Under the pieces are notes generated by a model that worked only from the letters and a program-made list of their open reading frames with translations, searched no databases and had not been told where the DNA came from. The position numbers and the translations under genes were made by a program. A stretch of DNA of 64,000 nt from Actinomycetota bacterium (GTDB taxonomy: Bacteria; Actinomycetota; Acidimicrobiia; IMCC26256; JACDBD01), in assembly GCA_052390575.1 (NCBI GenBank), contig JBQTGU010000015.1:60634-124633 (forward strand). The letters are read 5' to 3'. Below are positions 8,176 to 17,333 of the stretch, one piece after another. Each line of letters begins with the position of its first letter. Positions within the stretch are counted from its first letter, which is position 1.

Positions 8176-8622
8176 ATGGCCATCTACACGACCGCGGAGG
8201 CGGGCGCGCCCATGGAGGCGCGCGACGAGGCGCGGGCGGTCGCGGGCGTCGGCCTCGACGGCGACCGCTATGCCGAGCAGAACGGGAAGCACTCGCAGAC
8301 GCCGGGTACCGGTCGGGAGGTCACGTTGGTCGAGCGGGAGGCGATCGCGGCGGTGCGCGCGGACGGCGTCGAGCTCGCCGACCACGAGACCCGCCGCAAC
8401 CTGCTGACCGAGGGGGTTCCGCTCAACCATCTGGTCGGGCGGACGTTCCGGGTGGGCGAGGTCGTCCTGCGCGGCGTCCGCCTCGCCGACCCGTGCTCGT
8501 ACCTCGCGGGGCTGACGCGGCCGGGCGTGTCGCGGGCCCTCGTCCACCGGGGTGGGCTCCGGGCCGACATCGTCGAGGGCGGAACGCTCCGGCCCGGCGA
8601 CACCATCACGCCGATTCCCTAG
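8176..8622 (+). CDS. MOSC domain-containing protein
   Basis: 3' part of track ORF 7867..8622, starting at the ATG at 8176 (MAIYTTAEAGAPME...). Contains GDRYAE, REVTLVEREAI, RRNLLTEGVPLNHLVGRTFRVGEVVLRGVRLADPC and RPGDTI, which is typical MOSC. Confidence 0.85.
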   Translation: MAIYTTAEAGAPMEARDEARAVAGVGLDGDRYAEQNGKHSQTPGTGREVTLVEREAIAAVRADGVELADHETRRNLLTEGVPLNHLVGRTFRVGEVVLRGVRLADPCSYLAGLTRPGVSRALVHRGGLRADIVEGGTLRPGDTITPIP

Positions 8623-8680
8623 CACCGGTAAGGGGTAACGCCCCTGCCCACCGGTTGGTCGGACTCATGGAGGAGAATGG

Positions 8681-8716
8681 GTGAGATGAGACCGGCACGA
8701 TCAATCGTGATCTCAC
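8681..8716. promoter_or_regulatory. Nested palindrome in a GC-poor leader upstream of 8734 (candidate operator)
   Basis: GTGAGAT-gagaccgg-CACGAT-ca-ATCGTG-ATCTCAC. The inner 6+6 palindrome lies at 8696-8709 and the outer 7-nt arms at 8681-8687 and 8710-8716. It sits 18 nt upstream of the ATG, in the lowest-GC stretch of the window. Confidence 0.3.
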
Positions 8717-8733
8717 GAACGAGGCAATAAAGC

Positions 8734-9921
8734 ATGAACCTCGATTGGCGGAAGATCGCTCCCGGCGTGGGCGTCATCGTGCTCGCCCTCGCGGTGCTCG
8801 GCCTCGCCCTGACGTTGCGGGGCGACGATGGCGGCGACGACGGCAAGAAGCGGGCGTCGGCGACGACCACGTCGACCTCCACGACGACCACCTCGACCGC
8901 TACCACGAGCACGACGGCCCCGCCCGCCACCGCCGCGACCACCCCGCCCACACCGACCGTCACGCCCGGCCCCAGCGTCGTCCTGCCGACCCTCGCACCC
9001 CAGACCACTACTCCGCCGCCCGACACGGCCGCGTCCCCCGACCCGAGCGGGAGCACGACCACGACGGCGCCGTCGACCACCACGACCGAGCCCGAGGAGC
9101 CCGTCGAGGACACGCGGGAGACCGTCGTGTACTCACCTGAGGGCGCCCCGCCGCGCAAGGCCGATCTGTTCGTACCCGGCATTCACCGCACCACCGCGGT
9201 GGTGCTCGTCCACGGCGGCGACGGGACCCGGGGCAGCCGGCGCCAGATGCGGGCGTGGGCCGCCGCCTACGCCGAGGAGGGGTACATCACCCTCTCGATC
9301 GACCACTTCCTGTTCAAGCCCACGACAACGCCGCCGGTGTTCCCGATCCCCGAGCGCGACGTGAAGGCGGCGGTGCAGTACCTGCGTCTCAACGCGGACG
9401 CACTCGGGATCGACCCCGAGCGCATCGTCGTGCAGGGCTTCGGCGCGGGCGCACAGCTCGGTGGGGTCGCGTACACGACCGGTGACGACGCGGCGTTCGC
9501 CGGCGAAGGTCTCTATGACGACGGGACCAGGGATGTCGCCAACGCGTTCATCGGCTTCTACGGGGTCTACGACGGCACGCACGAGGAGCCCGACCAGTAC
9601 TGCGGCGGGCCCGACGGCAGCGGCGATCCCGCGGTGCAGGCGTGCTACGACCTCGGCGACTCCGTGTCGCTCGCGGCCGATGCCAGCGGACCGGCACTGT
9701 TGTTCCACGGTGACGCCGACGCCACCGTTCTGCCCGATCAGACGACCGCATTCGGCGACGCGCTCGTTGCCGCCGGCGTCGACGCCACCGTCACGGTCGT
9801 GCCCGGCGCCGACCACAACTTCGACCGCATCCGGGGCGCGCTGACACCCGAAGGCGAAACTGCTTTCGCCGAAATACTGGTCTGGCTCGACGCCCGGTTC
9901 CCCGAGCCGCCGACGCCCTAA
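8734..9921 (+). CDS. Membrane-anchored esterase/lipase-family (HSL-like) alpha/beta-fold protein with a Thr/Pro-rich linker; nucleophile Ser replaced by Gly
   Basis: Track ORF of 395 aa. N-terminal TM (GVGVIVLALAVLGLAL), then a T/S/P-rich linker, an HGG-type oxyanion motif (VVLVHGGDG), VVQGFGAGAQLG where GDSAG is expected, LFHGDADATV and GADHNF. Confidence 0.75.
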   Translation: MNLDWRKIAPGVGVIVLALAVLGLALTLRGDDGGDDGKKRASATTTSTSTTTTSTATTSTTAPPATAATTPPTPTVTPGPSVVLPTLAPQTTTPPPDTAASPDPSGSTTTTAPSTTTTEPEEPVEDTRETVVYSPEGAPPRKADLFVPGIHRTTAVVLVHGGDGTRGSRRQMRAWAAAYAEEGYITLSIDHFLFKPTTTPPVFPIPERDVKAAVQYLRLNADALGIDPERIVVQGFGAGAQLGGVAYTTGDDAAFAGEGLYDDGTRDVANAFIGFYGVYDGTHEEPDQYCGGPDGSGDPAVQACYDLGDSVSLAADASGPALLFHGDADATVLPDQTTAFGDALVAAGVDATVTVVPGADHNFDRIRGALTPEGETAFAEILVWLDARFPEPPTP

Positions 9922-11175
9922 CTACGCGAACGTCGGCCGGAGGGGCAGGCCCGACTGACCGTTGCCGGGCTTCACCGCCAGGACCTGGTGGACCTGGGTG
10001 CGGTTGGCCTCGAAGTTCACCGCGGATGCCGCCATGTAGAGGCGCCAGATGCGGGCCCGGGCGACGCCCGCCTCGGCCACGCACGCGTCCCAGTTCTCCT
10101 CGAGGTTGGCGACCCACCGGCGCAGCGTGAGCGCGTAGTGCTCGCGCAGGCCCTCCATGTGGCGGGCCTCGAACTGTTCCTGCTGGATCGCCGAGACCAC
10201 GTTGCCCATCTCGTGCAGCTCGCCGTCGGGGAACACGTAGCGGTCGATGAAGCCGCGCCGGGCGAAGCGAGACCGGCGGTCGTCGGTGGAGCCCTTCACG
10301 TGCGCGGGCCGGCCGATGGTGTGGTTCAGGAGTCGTCCGCCCGGGGGCAGCAGCTCGAAGCAGCGCTCGAAGTACACCTGGAGCTGCGACAGGCCCACGT
10401 GCTCGAACATGCCGATCGAGCTGATGGCGTCGTACGGGCCGTCGTCGACGTCGCGGTAGTCCTGGTAGCGGACTTCGATCTTGTCGCCGAGCCCGGCGTC
10501 GGCGGCCCGCTTCTCGGCCAGCTCGGCCTGCCGCTGCGACAACGTGACCCCGACCGCGTTCACGCCGTGGTGCTCGGCCGCGTGCAGCAGCATGCCGCCC
10601 CACCCGCAGCCGATGTCGAGCAGGCGCATGCCCGGCTCGAGCGCGAGCTTGCGGCAGATCAGCTCGTGCTTGTTGGCCTGCGCCTCCTCGAGCGAGTGGG
10701 CGGGGTCGGTCCAGACCGCGCACGAGTACGTCAGCGACGGACCGAGGACCATGCGGTAGAAGTCGTTTGACACGTCGTAGTGGTGTGAGACCGCGGCGGC
10801 GTCGCGCGCCTTCGAGTGGCGCCGGCCGCGCAGGCGCGCCTCCTCCTTCGGCGGCGGCAGCGGCTTCAACCCACCTGCGCCCGCGAGCCGGAGCGCGGCG
10901 AGATACTGCCGGGGTCGGAGCTTGACCTCGGGCAGCTGGTCGCGCAGCCCGAGAGCGGCGTACATGTCACCCTCGACGTCGAGGTCGCCGGCGACGTAGG
11001 CGCGACCGAAGCCGAGCTCACCGGGCGCCGTGATGATGCGGCGCAGGGCGTTGGGGGAGCTGACCACGATGGTGGCCGGCGCGGGATCGGGGCCGACACG
11101 ACTGCCGTCGTACAGCGAGAACGCGACCGGCAGGTCGGTTCCGAGGAGGTCCTGGACAAGGTCCGCGAGTGCCAT
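9922..11175 (-). CDS. cfa: Cyclopropane-fatty-acyl-phospholipid synthase family SAM-dependent methyltransferase
   Basis: Track ORF of 417 aa. Contains HYDVSNDFYRMVLGPSLTYSCA, LLDIGCGWGGMLLHAAEHHGV and ISSIGMFEHVG, the characteristic CFA/mycolate-modifying synthase motifs. Confidence 0.9.
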   Translation of the reverse strand: MALADLVQDLLGTDLPVAFSLYDGSRVGPDPAPATIVVSSPNALRRIITAPGELGFGRAYVAGDLDVEGDMYAALGLRDQLPEVKLRPRQYLAALRLAGAGGLKPLPPPKEEARLRGRRHSKARDAAAVSHHYDVSNDFYRMVLGPSLTYSCAVWTDPAHSLEEAQANKHELICRKLALEPGMRLLDIGCGWGGMLLHAAEHHGVNAVGVTLSQRQAELAEKRAADAGLGDKIEVRYQDYRDVDDGPYDAISSIGMFEHVGLSQLQVYFERCFELLPPGGRLLNHTIGRPAHVKGSTDDRRSRFARRGFIDRYVFPDGELHEMGNVVSAIQQEQFEARHMEGLREHYALTLRRWVANLEENWDACVAEAGVARARIWRLYMAASAVNFEANRTQVHQVLAVKPGNGQSGLPLRPTFA

Positions 11176-11217
11176 GGCCCGAGTCTTGCCGCTCGACCCC
11201 TCAGAAGTCGACGGCTG

Positions 11218-12669
11218 CTAGAAGTCGAGGGAGGAGAGCTCCGGCAGCCAACGCTCGGCCCGGCGGCAGGCATCCCGCCAGCGCTCGCGGTCGAGCTCGT
11301 GGTCAGGCCGGGGCTCGATCCGCTGGCGGGGCGACCAGGTGCCGGCGAGGTCGTCCTCGCTGCCCCAGGCGCCGGTGGCGAGGCCGGCGAGGAAGGCGGC
11401 GCCGAGGGCGGTGGCCTCGCGCACCGGTGAGATCTCGACGATGCGTTGGCACGCGTCCGCGAGCAACTGCACGAACGTCGGGTTTTCGGTCATACCGCCG
11501 TCGGCGCGTAGGAGGGGGACGGCGATGCCGGAGTCGCTCTCGGCTGCCTCGACCAGGTCGACAGCGCGGTGGGCGACGCCCTCGAGCACCGCTCGGACCA
11601 GCTCGGCCCGGCCGGTGCCGCGGGTGAGGCCGAGCACTGTGCCGCGGGCGCCGAAATCGAACACCGGCGTCCCCAACCCGAGCAGCGCGGGCACGTACCA
11701 GACGTCGCCGGTGGTCTCGCAGCCAGCGGCGACGTCGTGCGACTCGGCCGCCGAGGCGATGACGCCGAGGTCGTCACGCAGCCACTCGACGTTGGTGCCG
11801 GCGGACAACATGATCGCCTCGACGCCCCAGGTGTCGGCGCCGCCGGCGCGCCGGCACACGATCGGGAACGTTCCCCCCGGGCCGCGCGTCTCGAACTCGG
11901 GCCGGTCGGGACCGAGAACCAGGTCGAGCATGCCGCCGGTCCCGAACGTGATCTTGGCGTCGCCGGTGTGCACGCAACCCTGGCCGAGCAGCGACGCCTG
12001 CTGGTCCCCGGCGATGCCCGCGATCGGTGGCGCGCCCGGGAGCGCGGTGGCCTCGCCGACCACGCCGGTGGAGTCGACGACCCGCGGCAGCATCCGCTTG
12101 GGTACCCGCAGGATCTCGAGCACGGTCTCCGACCAGTCGCGCGCGTCCGGATCGAGCAGCCCGGTGACGCCGGCATTGGTCGCGTCGGTGACGTGCAGCG
12201 CACCCTCGCTCAGCTTCCACGCCACCCAGGTGTCGACGGTCCCGAAGCAGAGGTCGCGCTCCCGTTGCGGGTCGGCCTGGTCGAGGAGGTGCTCGAGCTT
12301 GGTGGCCGACGCGTTCGGCGCGGTGCGCAGCCCCTCGGACCTCAGCTCCAGGCACCGTCCCACGGTGCGGAGGTCCTGCCAGCCCAGCCCGGGCCCGACC
12401 GGCTCGCCGGTGGCGCGGTCCCACACGACGGTGGAGCCGCGCTGGTTGGCGATCCCGACCGCGTCGACGCCATCGGGGCCGGCGACGTCGAGGGCAGCGT
12501 GCGCAAGCTCGAGCGCGGTCGCGGCCATGGCGGTGGCGTCGAACTCCACCAGCCCCGGCGCCGGCGACGCCGGCAGCAGCGGCCGGCGCTCCTCGTGGGC
12601 CACGGTGGCGTCGTCACGCACGAGCGCGGCCCGCACCGACGACGTCCCCACGTCGACGACGAGGATCAT
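11218..12669 (-). CDS. FGGY-family carbohydrate kinase (glycerol-kinase-like)
   Basis: Track ORF of 483 aa. Contains MILVVDVGTSSVRAALV, GIANQRGSTVVWDRATGEP, KITFGTGGML and ADGGMTENPTFVQLLAD. Confidence 0.85.
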   Translation of the reverse strand: MILVVDVGTSSVRAALVRDDATVAHEERRPLLPASPAPGLVEFDATAMAATALELAHAALDVAGPDGVDAVGIANQRGSTVVWDRATGEPVGPGLGWQDLRTVGRCLELRSEGLRTAPNASATKLEHLLDQADPQRERDLCFGTVDTWVAWKLSEGALHVTDATNAGVTGLLDPDARDWSETVLEILRVPKRMLPRVVDSTGVVGEATALPGAPPIAGIAGDQQASLLGQGCVHTGDAKITFGTGGMLDLVLGPDRPEFETRGPGGTFPIVCRRAGGADTWGVEAIMLSAGTNVEWLRDDLGVIASAAESHDVAAGCETTGDVWYVPALLGLGTPVFDFGARGTVLGLTRGTGRAELVRAVLEGVAHRAVDLVEAAESDSGIAVPLLRADGGMTENPTFVQLLADACQRIVEISPVREATALGAAFLAGLATGAWGSEDDLAGTWSPRQRIEPRPDHELDRERWRDACRRAERWLPELSSLDF

Positions 12670-12676
12670 CGGTTGG

Positions 12677-14179
12677 TTAGGGCCATCCGGGGTCGCCCCA
12701 GGGGTCGGGGAGGCCGAGCTTGCCCGGGTTGAGGATGCCGTTCGGGTCGAGCGCGGCCTTGACCGCGGCGAGCACGTCGAAGGCCGGGCCGAGGGCGTCG
12801 CGCACGAACCGGGCCCGGTTCAGCCCGATCCCGTGATGGTGGCTCAGCGCGCCGCCGCGCTCGAGCACCGCGCGCGTCCCGGCATCCCACGCCGCCCGGT
12901 AGTAGGCCTCGCGCCCGTCGGCGGCGGGCTTGCCCGCGAACGTGAAGTACAGGCACGCGCCATCCGAGTAGGAGTGCGACAGGTGCGCCGACGCCGCCAT
13001 CGTGTGCTCGACGCCCGCGATCGCGGCGGTCGCGGCCTCGTAGATCCCCGGCAGCGCCGACCAGCGGGCCGCGATCTCCATCGTGTCGACGACGTATCCC
13101 CGCGTGATCAACGCTTCCAGCGCGGACACGTCGTTGCGGTGCTCCATCCACCGCGCCACGAGTGCCTCGTCGAGCACCTCGGCGCCGGCGTCGATGCACT
13201 CCTCGGCCACGACGCCCATCACCGGGTCGATCAGCTCCCGGTCGCCCTCGTCCAGCACCAACACGACGTGCCGGTCGCCGGTCTGGTACGAGCGGTCGGC
13301 CTCGATCGCGTCGTAGAGGCGCAGCACCGCCGGGGTCGCGCCCCGGTGCAGGATGCGCCGGCAGGCGTCCAGCCCGTCGGCGAACGAATCGAAGCCGTAC
13401 GCCGCCCGCCGCTCGACCGGCGGCGCCCGGTGCAGTCGCAGGCGGGCGCCGGTGATGATCCCGAGCGTCCCCTCCGATCCGACGAACAGCTGGGTGAGAT
13501 CGGGCCCGACCGCCGCCCGCGGCGCCCCGCCCGTGTGCACGACCGTTCCGCCCGCCAGCGCGACGTCGAGGCCGACCACCATGTCCTCGATCTTCCCGTA
13601 GCGGGTCGACAGCTGGCCCGCGCCCCGGCACGCCAGCCAGCCCCCCACGGTCGACAGGTCGATCGACTGGGGCCAGTGGCCGACGGTGACGCCGTGGGCG
13701 GACCGCAGCGTCTCCTCCAACCACGTCCCGAACGTCCCCGGCAGCACGTCGAGCACCATCGACTCGGTGTCGACGTCGACGATGTCGTCGAGCCCGCACA
13801 GGTCGAGCACCACCCCGCCGTGCACCGGGACACTGGCGCCGCACACTCCGCTGCGCCCCGCCGCCGCGGTCACGGGCACGCGGGCGTCGTCGCACACCCG
13901 CAGGACGCCCGCGACCTCGTCGGCCGAACCCGGGTGCGCCACCGCCGCGCCCAGCGACGCCACCTGCGAGCCGAGGGCCCAGATCATCGCCAACGGCCAC
14001 CAGTCCCGGCTCGCCTCGGCAAGCTCGCCCGCGTCGACCGTGACCGACGAGCACGCGTCCCGCAGCCGCGCCAGCACCGCGTCGTCCACCTCGACCCGCG
14101 ATGCCTTCAGCCGCGCCCCGACGCGCTCGGCCGGACCGGAGAACTGGATCGGCGGCGTCGGCGCGCCGCTGGCGGCCAC
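12677..14179 (-). CDS. FAD-linked oxidase (GlcD / alkyl-DHAP-synthase-like)
   Basis: 3' 501 codons of track ORF 12677..15058. The GTG at 14179 is proposed as the start, 11 nt after the glpD stop. FAD_binding_4-like region PGSADEVAGVLRVCDDARVPVTAAAGRSGVCG, plus GPDLTQLFVGSEGTLGIIT and C-terminal SHHHGIGLNR. Confidence 0.8.
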   Translation of the reverse strand: MAASGAPTPPIQFSGPAERVGARLKASRVEVDDAVLARLRDACSSVTVDAGELAEASRDWWPLAMIWALGSQVASLGAAVAHPGSADEVAGVLRVCDDARVPVTAAAGRSGVCGASVPVHGGVVLDLCGLDDIVDVDTESMVLDVLPGTFGTWLEETLRSAHGVTVGHWPQSIDLSTVGGWLACRGAGQLSTRYGKIEDMVVGLDVALAGGTVVHTGGAPRAAVGPDLTQLFVGSEGTLGIITGARLRLHRAPPVERRAAYGFDSFADGLDACRRILHRGATPAVLRLYDAIEADRSYQTGDRHVVLVLDEGDRELIDPVMGVVAEECIDAGAEVLDEALVARWMEHRNDVSALEALITRGYVVDTMEIAARWSALPGIYEAATAAIAGVEHTMAASAHLSHSYSDGACLYFTFAGKPAADGREAYYRAAWDAGTRAVLERGGALSHHHGIGLNRARFVRDALGPAFDVLAAVKAALDPNGILNPGKLGLPDPWGDPGWP

Positions 14180-14190
14180 GGCCGTGCGGC

Positions 14191-15846
14191 CTACGCGCCG
14201 AACGAGGCGTCGAGCGCGGTCTCGGGCAGGTCGGCCGCGGCCCGCTCCGCCTTCACCGCGGCTCGGTAGTCCTCGACCTCGCGCGTGCGCTCGGCGTCGC
14301 TCCAGCCCAGCTCGGCGCCCACGAGCCCGGCGACGTCGTCGGCGACCCGCGCCGACGCGTCCCGCGCCAGCAGACGCGCCCGGGTCCGGCGCGACAACAC
14401 GTCGTCGAGCGTGCGCGCCATCTCGTGGCGGACCGCGAACACTGCCTCGGCCCGCAGGTAGGGGAGCCCGGGCACCATCGGCTCGCCCAGCGCAGGGTCG
14501 GCGTCGATCAGCTCCTGGACCGCGTCGGCCTCGGTCCCGTAGCGACCAGCGAGATGGGAGTGGGTGCTGGGCTCGAGCGACTCCGCCGGCGCCTCGAACC
14601 CGTCCCCGCCGACCAGCCGCAGTCGCTTCGTCTTGCACCGGCGCCGCGGCTTCCCGAGGAACCCCGCGACCACGTCGACCGTGTCGTCGGCCATCTTCCG
14701 GTAGGTGGTGAGCTTGCCGCCGGTGACCGTCACGACCCCGCTCTCCGAGCGGCGTACCGCGTGGCGCCGCGACAAGTCGGCGGTGCGCTCGCTGGTGGCG
14801 GTGCGGAGCAGCGGGCGCAGCCCCGCCCACGTCCCGACGACGTCGGCCTCGGTGACCGGCTCCGCCACCGTGGCGTTGAGCGCCCCGAGCAGGTAGGCGA
14901 CGTCCTCGGGCGCGCACTGCGGATCGTCGATGGGGCCGTCGTAGTCGGTGTCGGTCGTGCCCACGTAGGTCAGGTCGCCCCAGGGCACCACGAACACCGA
15001 GCGCTTGTCCTTGGGGACGGGGATGATCGCGGCAATGTCGTTTCGCACCTTCGCCCACGGCACCGTGATGTGGATGCCCTTGGCCGGCCGCAGCGAGTCA
15101 GGATCTTTGCCCTCGTCGAGCCGCCGGACCTCGTCGGCCCACACCCCGGCCGCGTTCACGACGCTGGCGGCGCCCACCTCGATCGACGCCCCGTCGGCCT
15201 CGATGCGCGCCCCCCGCACCTTGCCCGCCTCGTCCTTGAGCAACTCGGTCACGTTGGCGTGGTTGGCGACAACGGCGCCGTGGGCGGCGGCGGTGCGACA
15301 CAGCGCGAGCGTGAGGCGGGCGTCGTCGGTGCGGGCGTCGTAGTACACGTACGCGCCCGACAGCCGTTCGGATCGCAGCGTGGGCATGTGGCCGAGCGCG
15401 TTCTCCTTGGAGATGCGCGAGTGGCGCTTGCCGATGCGCAGCCCGCCGGTGAGGTCGTACATCCACAGGGCGGTGCCGAACGCCCGGGCGAGCTTGCGGT
15501 TGAACAGCCCGTCCCGGGTCATGAGCGGGATCAGGAACGGCAGCACCCGCACCAGGTGGGGGGCGTTGCGCAGCGCCACCTGCCGTTCGGCGAGGTTCTC
15601 GTACACGAGCACGAACTCGCGTTGCTGGAGGTAGCGCAGGCCCCCGTGGATGAGCTTCGACGACTTCGAGGACGTACCCGACGCGAAGTCGTGCCGCTCG
15701 ACCAGAGCGGTACGAAAGCCGCGGGAGGCGGCGTCGAGCGCGACCCCCGCCCCGGTGATCCCGCCGCCGACGACGAGCACGTCGAAGGACTCCGCGCCCA
15801 GCCGGCGCAGGGCCTCCGACCGGTCGAAGCTTGACGGATCGGCCAT
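14191..15846 (-). CDS. glpD: Glycerol-3-phosphate dehydrogenase (FAD-dependent)
   Basis: 3' 552 codons of track ORF 14191..16977, starting at the ATG at 15846 (MADPSSFDRSEALRRLG...). Contains DVLVVGGGITGAGVALDAASRG, TSSKSSKLIHGGLRYL and GGKLTTYRKMA. Confidence 0.9.
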   Translation of the reverse strand: MADPSSFDRSEALRRLGAESFDVLVVGGGITGAGVALDAASRGFRTALVERHDFASGTSSKSSKLIHGGLRYLQQREFVLVYENLAERQVALRNAPHLVRVLPFLIPLMTRDGLFNRKLARAFGTALWMYDLTGGLRIGKRHSRISKENALGHMPTLRSERLSGAYVYYDARTDDARLTLALCRTAAAHGAVVANHANVTELLKDEAGKVRGARIEADGASIEVGAASVVNAAGVWADEVRRLDEGKDPDSLRPAKGIHITVPWAKVRNDIAAIIPVPKDKRSVFVVPWGDLTYVGTTDTDYDGPIDDPQCAPEDVAYLLGALNATVAEPVTEADVVGTWAGLRPLLRTATSERTADLSRRHAVRRSESGVVTVTGGKLTTYRKMADDTVDVVAGFLGKPRRRCKTKRLRLVGGDGFEAPAESLEPSTHSHLAGRYGTEADAVQELIDADPALGEPMVPGLPYLRAEAVFAVRHEMARTLDDVLSRRTRARLLARDASARVADDVAGLVGAELGWSDAERTREVEDYRAAVKAERAAADLPETALDASFGA

Positions 15847-16005
15847 CGAAAGCACCCTACCCGTGCCCTTCGGCATGACGTGACCGTCAGCCGATGTCCC
15901 GCGCGCCGGGCATCGCCGGCCCGATGTCGTTAGAGTCGCACCCGCACCGGGCAGGCTGCGGTCGAGCAGTGTGGGCCGTAGCGCCACGAACAACAGGGGG
16001 AACGT

Positions 16006-17268
16006 ATGAAGAGCAAGCGATGGTTGCGGCTCGCAGCCGTTGGTGCCGTCGCCGGTCTGGTAGTTGCCCTCGCAGCCGGGAACGCCGGCGCCGGTGGCGA
16101 CGCTCCCGACCGCGAGTCGAACGGGGTCCTCAAGTACGGGCTCCTGCTTCCGCAGACGGGAGCGCTCGACTTCCTCGGGCCACCCATGATCGACGCCGCC
16201 AACATGGCGATCGAGGAGATCAACGCCGCCGGCGGTGTGAACGACGCGCCGGCTGAAGTGACTCTCGCGGACGACGGGACCGATCCCGACGTCGCCAACG
16301 CCGCAACCGACCGCCTCCTCCAGGAGGATGTCGACGTGATCGTGGGCGCGGCGGCATCGGGCGTCACGCTGTCGGTGATCGACAAGATCACCGGTGCCGG
16401 CATCGTCGAGTGCTCGCCGTCGAACACCGGCGTGCAGTTCACGACGTACCCGGACAAGGGCCGGTACTTCCGGACCGCGCCGCCCGACAACCTCCAGTCC
16501 CAGGTCCTCGCCGACCTCATCGTCGACGACGGCAACGAGGACGTGGTGGTCGTGGCCCGAAGCGATGAGTACGGCGAGGGCTTCGCCGAGTTCCTCGAGA
16601 AGGAGCTCAACGACGCCGGGGCCGACGTCAGTGAGGTCATCCTCTACGACACCGCCGAGGGCACGGTCTACGACGACGTCGCCGAGCAGATCGCCGACGC
16701 CGATCCCGAGGCCGTCGCCATGATCGCCTTCGACGAGGGTGGTGCGGTGCTCACGGCCGCGATCGAAGCGGGCGTCGGGCCGGCTGACGTGCAGTGGTAC
16801 GGCACGGACGGCATCCAGAGCTCGACCTTCTTCGAGAAGGTCGACCCCAACGACCCGACGGTGGTCGAGGGGATCAGGGGCACGGCTCCTTCGGCGGCTC
16901 CGGCCGACGGTGAGGAGACGTTCCAGGAGCGGTTCCAGGCGTTCTCGCCCGGTACCGACACGATCTTCTCGGGGCACTCGTACGACTGCGTCGTGATCGC
17001 CGCGCTGGCGGCGACGGCGGCGGGGTCGGACGCATCCCAGGACATCGCCAAGGGCATCAACGCCGTCACCAAGAAGGGCACCAAGTGCAGCCTCTACGAG
17101 GAATGCGTGGCCCTGCTCGATGAAGGCAAGGACATCAACTACCAGGGCGCGGCGGGCCCGCTCGACTTCACCAAGAAGGGTGAACCGGGCAAGGGCGCGT
17201 ACGACACCTGGGAGTTCGGAGCCGACGGCAGCGTCGAGATCATCGACGAGAGCATTCCGGCCGGCTAG
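16006..17268 (+). CDS. ABC transporter substrate-binding protein, branched-chain amino acid (Leu/Ile/Val-binding) family
   Basis: Track ORF of 420 aa with a signal peptide. Contains LKYGLLLPQTGALDFLGPPM, DDGTDPDVA, VIVGAAASGV and YFRTAPPDNLQSQVLADLI, which are Peripla_BP_6-like. Confidence 0.85.
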   Translation: MKSKRWLRLAAVGAVAGLVVALAAGNAGAGGDAPDRESNGVLKYGLLLPQTGALDFLGPPMIDAANMAIEEINAAGGVNDAPAEVTLADDGTDPDVANAATDRLLQEDVDVIVGAAASGVTLSVIDKITGAGIVECSPSNTGVQFTTYPDKGRYFRTAPPDNLQSQVLADLIVDDGNEDVVVVARSDEYGEGFAEFLEKELNDAGADVSEVILYDTAEGTVYDDVAEQIADADPEAVAMIAFDEGGAVLTAAIEAGVGPADVQWYGTDGIQSSTFFEKVDPNDPTVVEGIRGTAPSAAPADGEETFQERFQAFSPGTDTIFSGHSYDCVVIAALAATAAGSDASQDIAKGINAVTKKGTKCSLYEECVALLDEGKDINYQGAAGPLDFTKKGEPGKGAYDTWEFGADGSVEIIDESIPAG

Positions 17269-17296
17269 CGGACAGTCGTCGAAAGACGAGCACGGA

Positions 17297-17324
17297 GTGG
17301 GGCCCGGGGCGACCCGGGCCCCAC
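17297..17324. terminator. Bidirectional hairpin between convergent genes
   Basis: Perfect 12-bp stem GTGGGGCCCGGG / CCCGGGCCCCAC with a GCGA loop. It lies between the stop of the SBP gene (17268) and the stop of livF (17334). No U-tract. Confidence 0.6.
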
Positions 17325-17333
17325 TCGCGCCCG

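Noticed and set aside
8090-8176. Small ORFs inside the repeat element (VRTSVPQGGAGYPGPERGSCLE... and equivalents) considered as conserved micropeptides.
   Set aside because: The copy at 19950 has a 1-nt indel that destroys the shared frame, and copy 4 reads through without a stop. The substitutions in the stem are compensatory at the nucleotide level, which fits a structural element, not a peptide. The stop/start overlaps are noted in the findings but not called as genes.
11339-14269. 976-aa plus-strand ORF, the longest in the track.
   Set aside because: It is antisense to the FGGY kinase and FAD-oxidase genes. Its translation is Arg/Ser/Pro/Ala-rich with no motif, which is a typical shadow ORF of a high-GC coding region. 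The opposite strand carries clear domain signatures.
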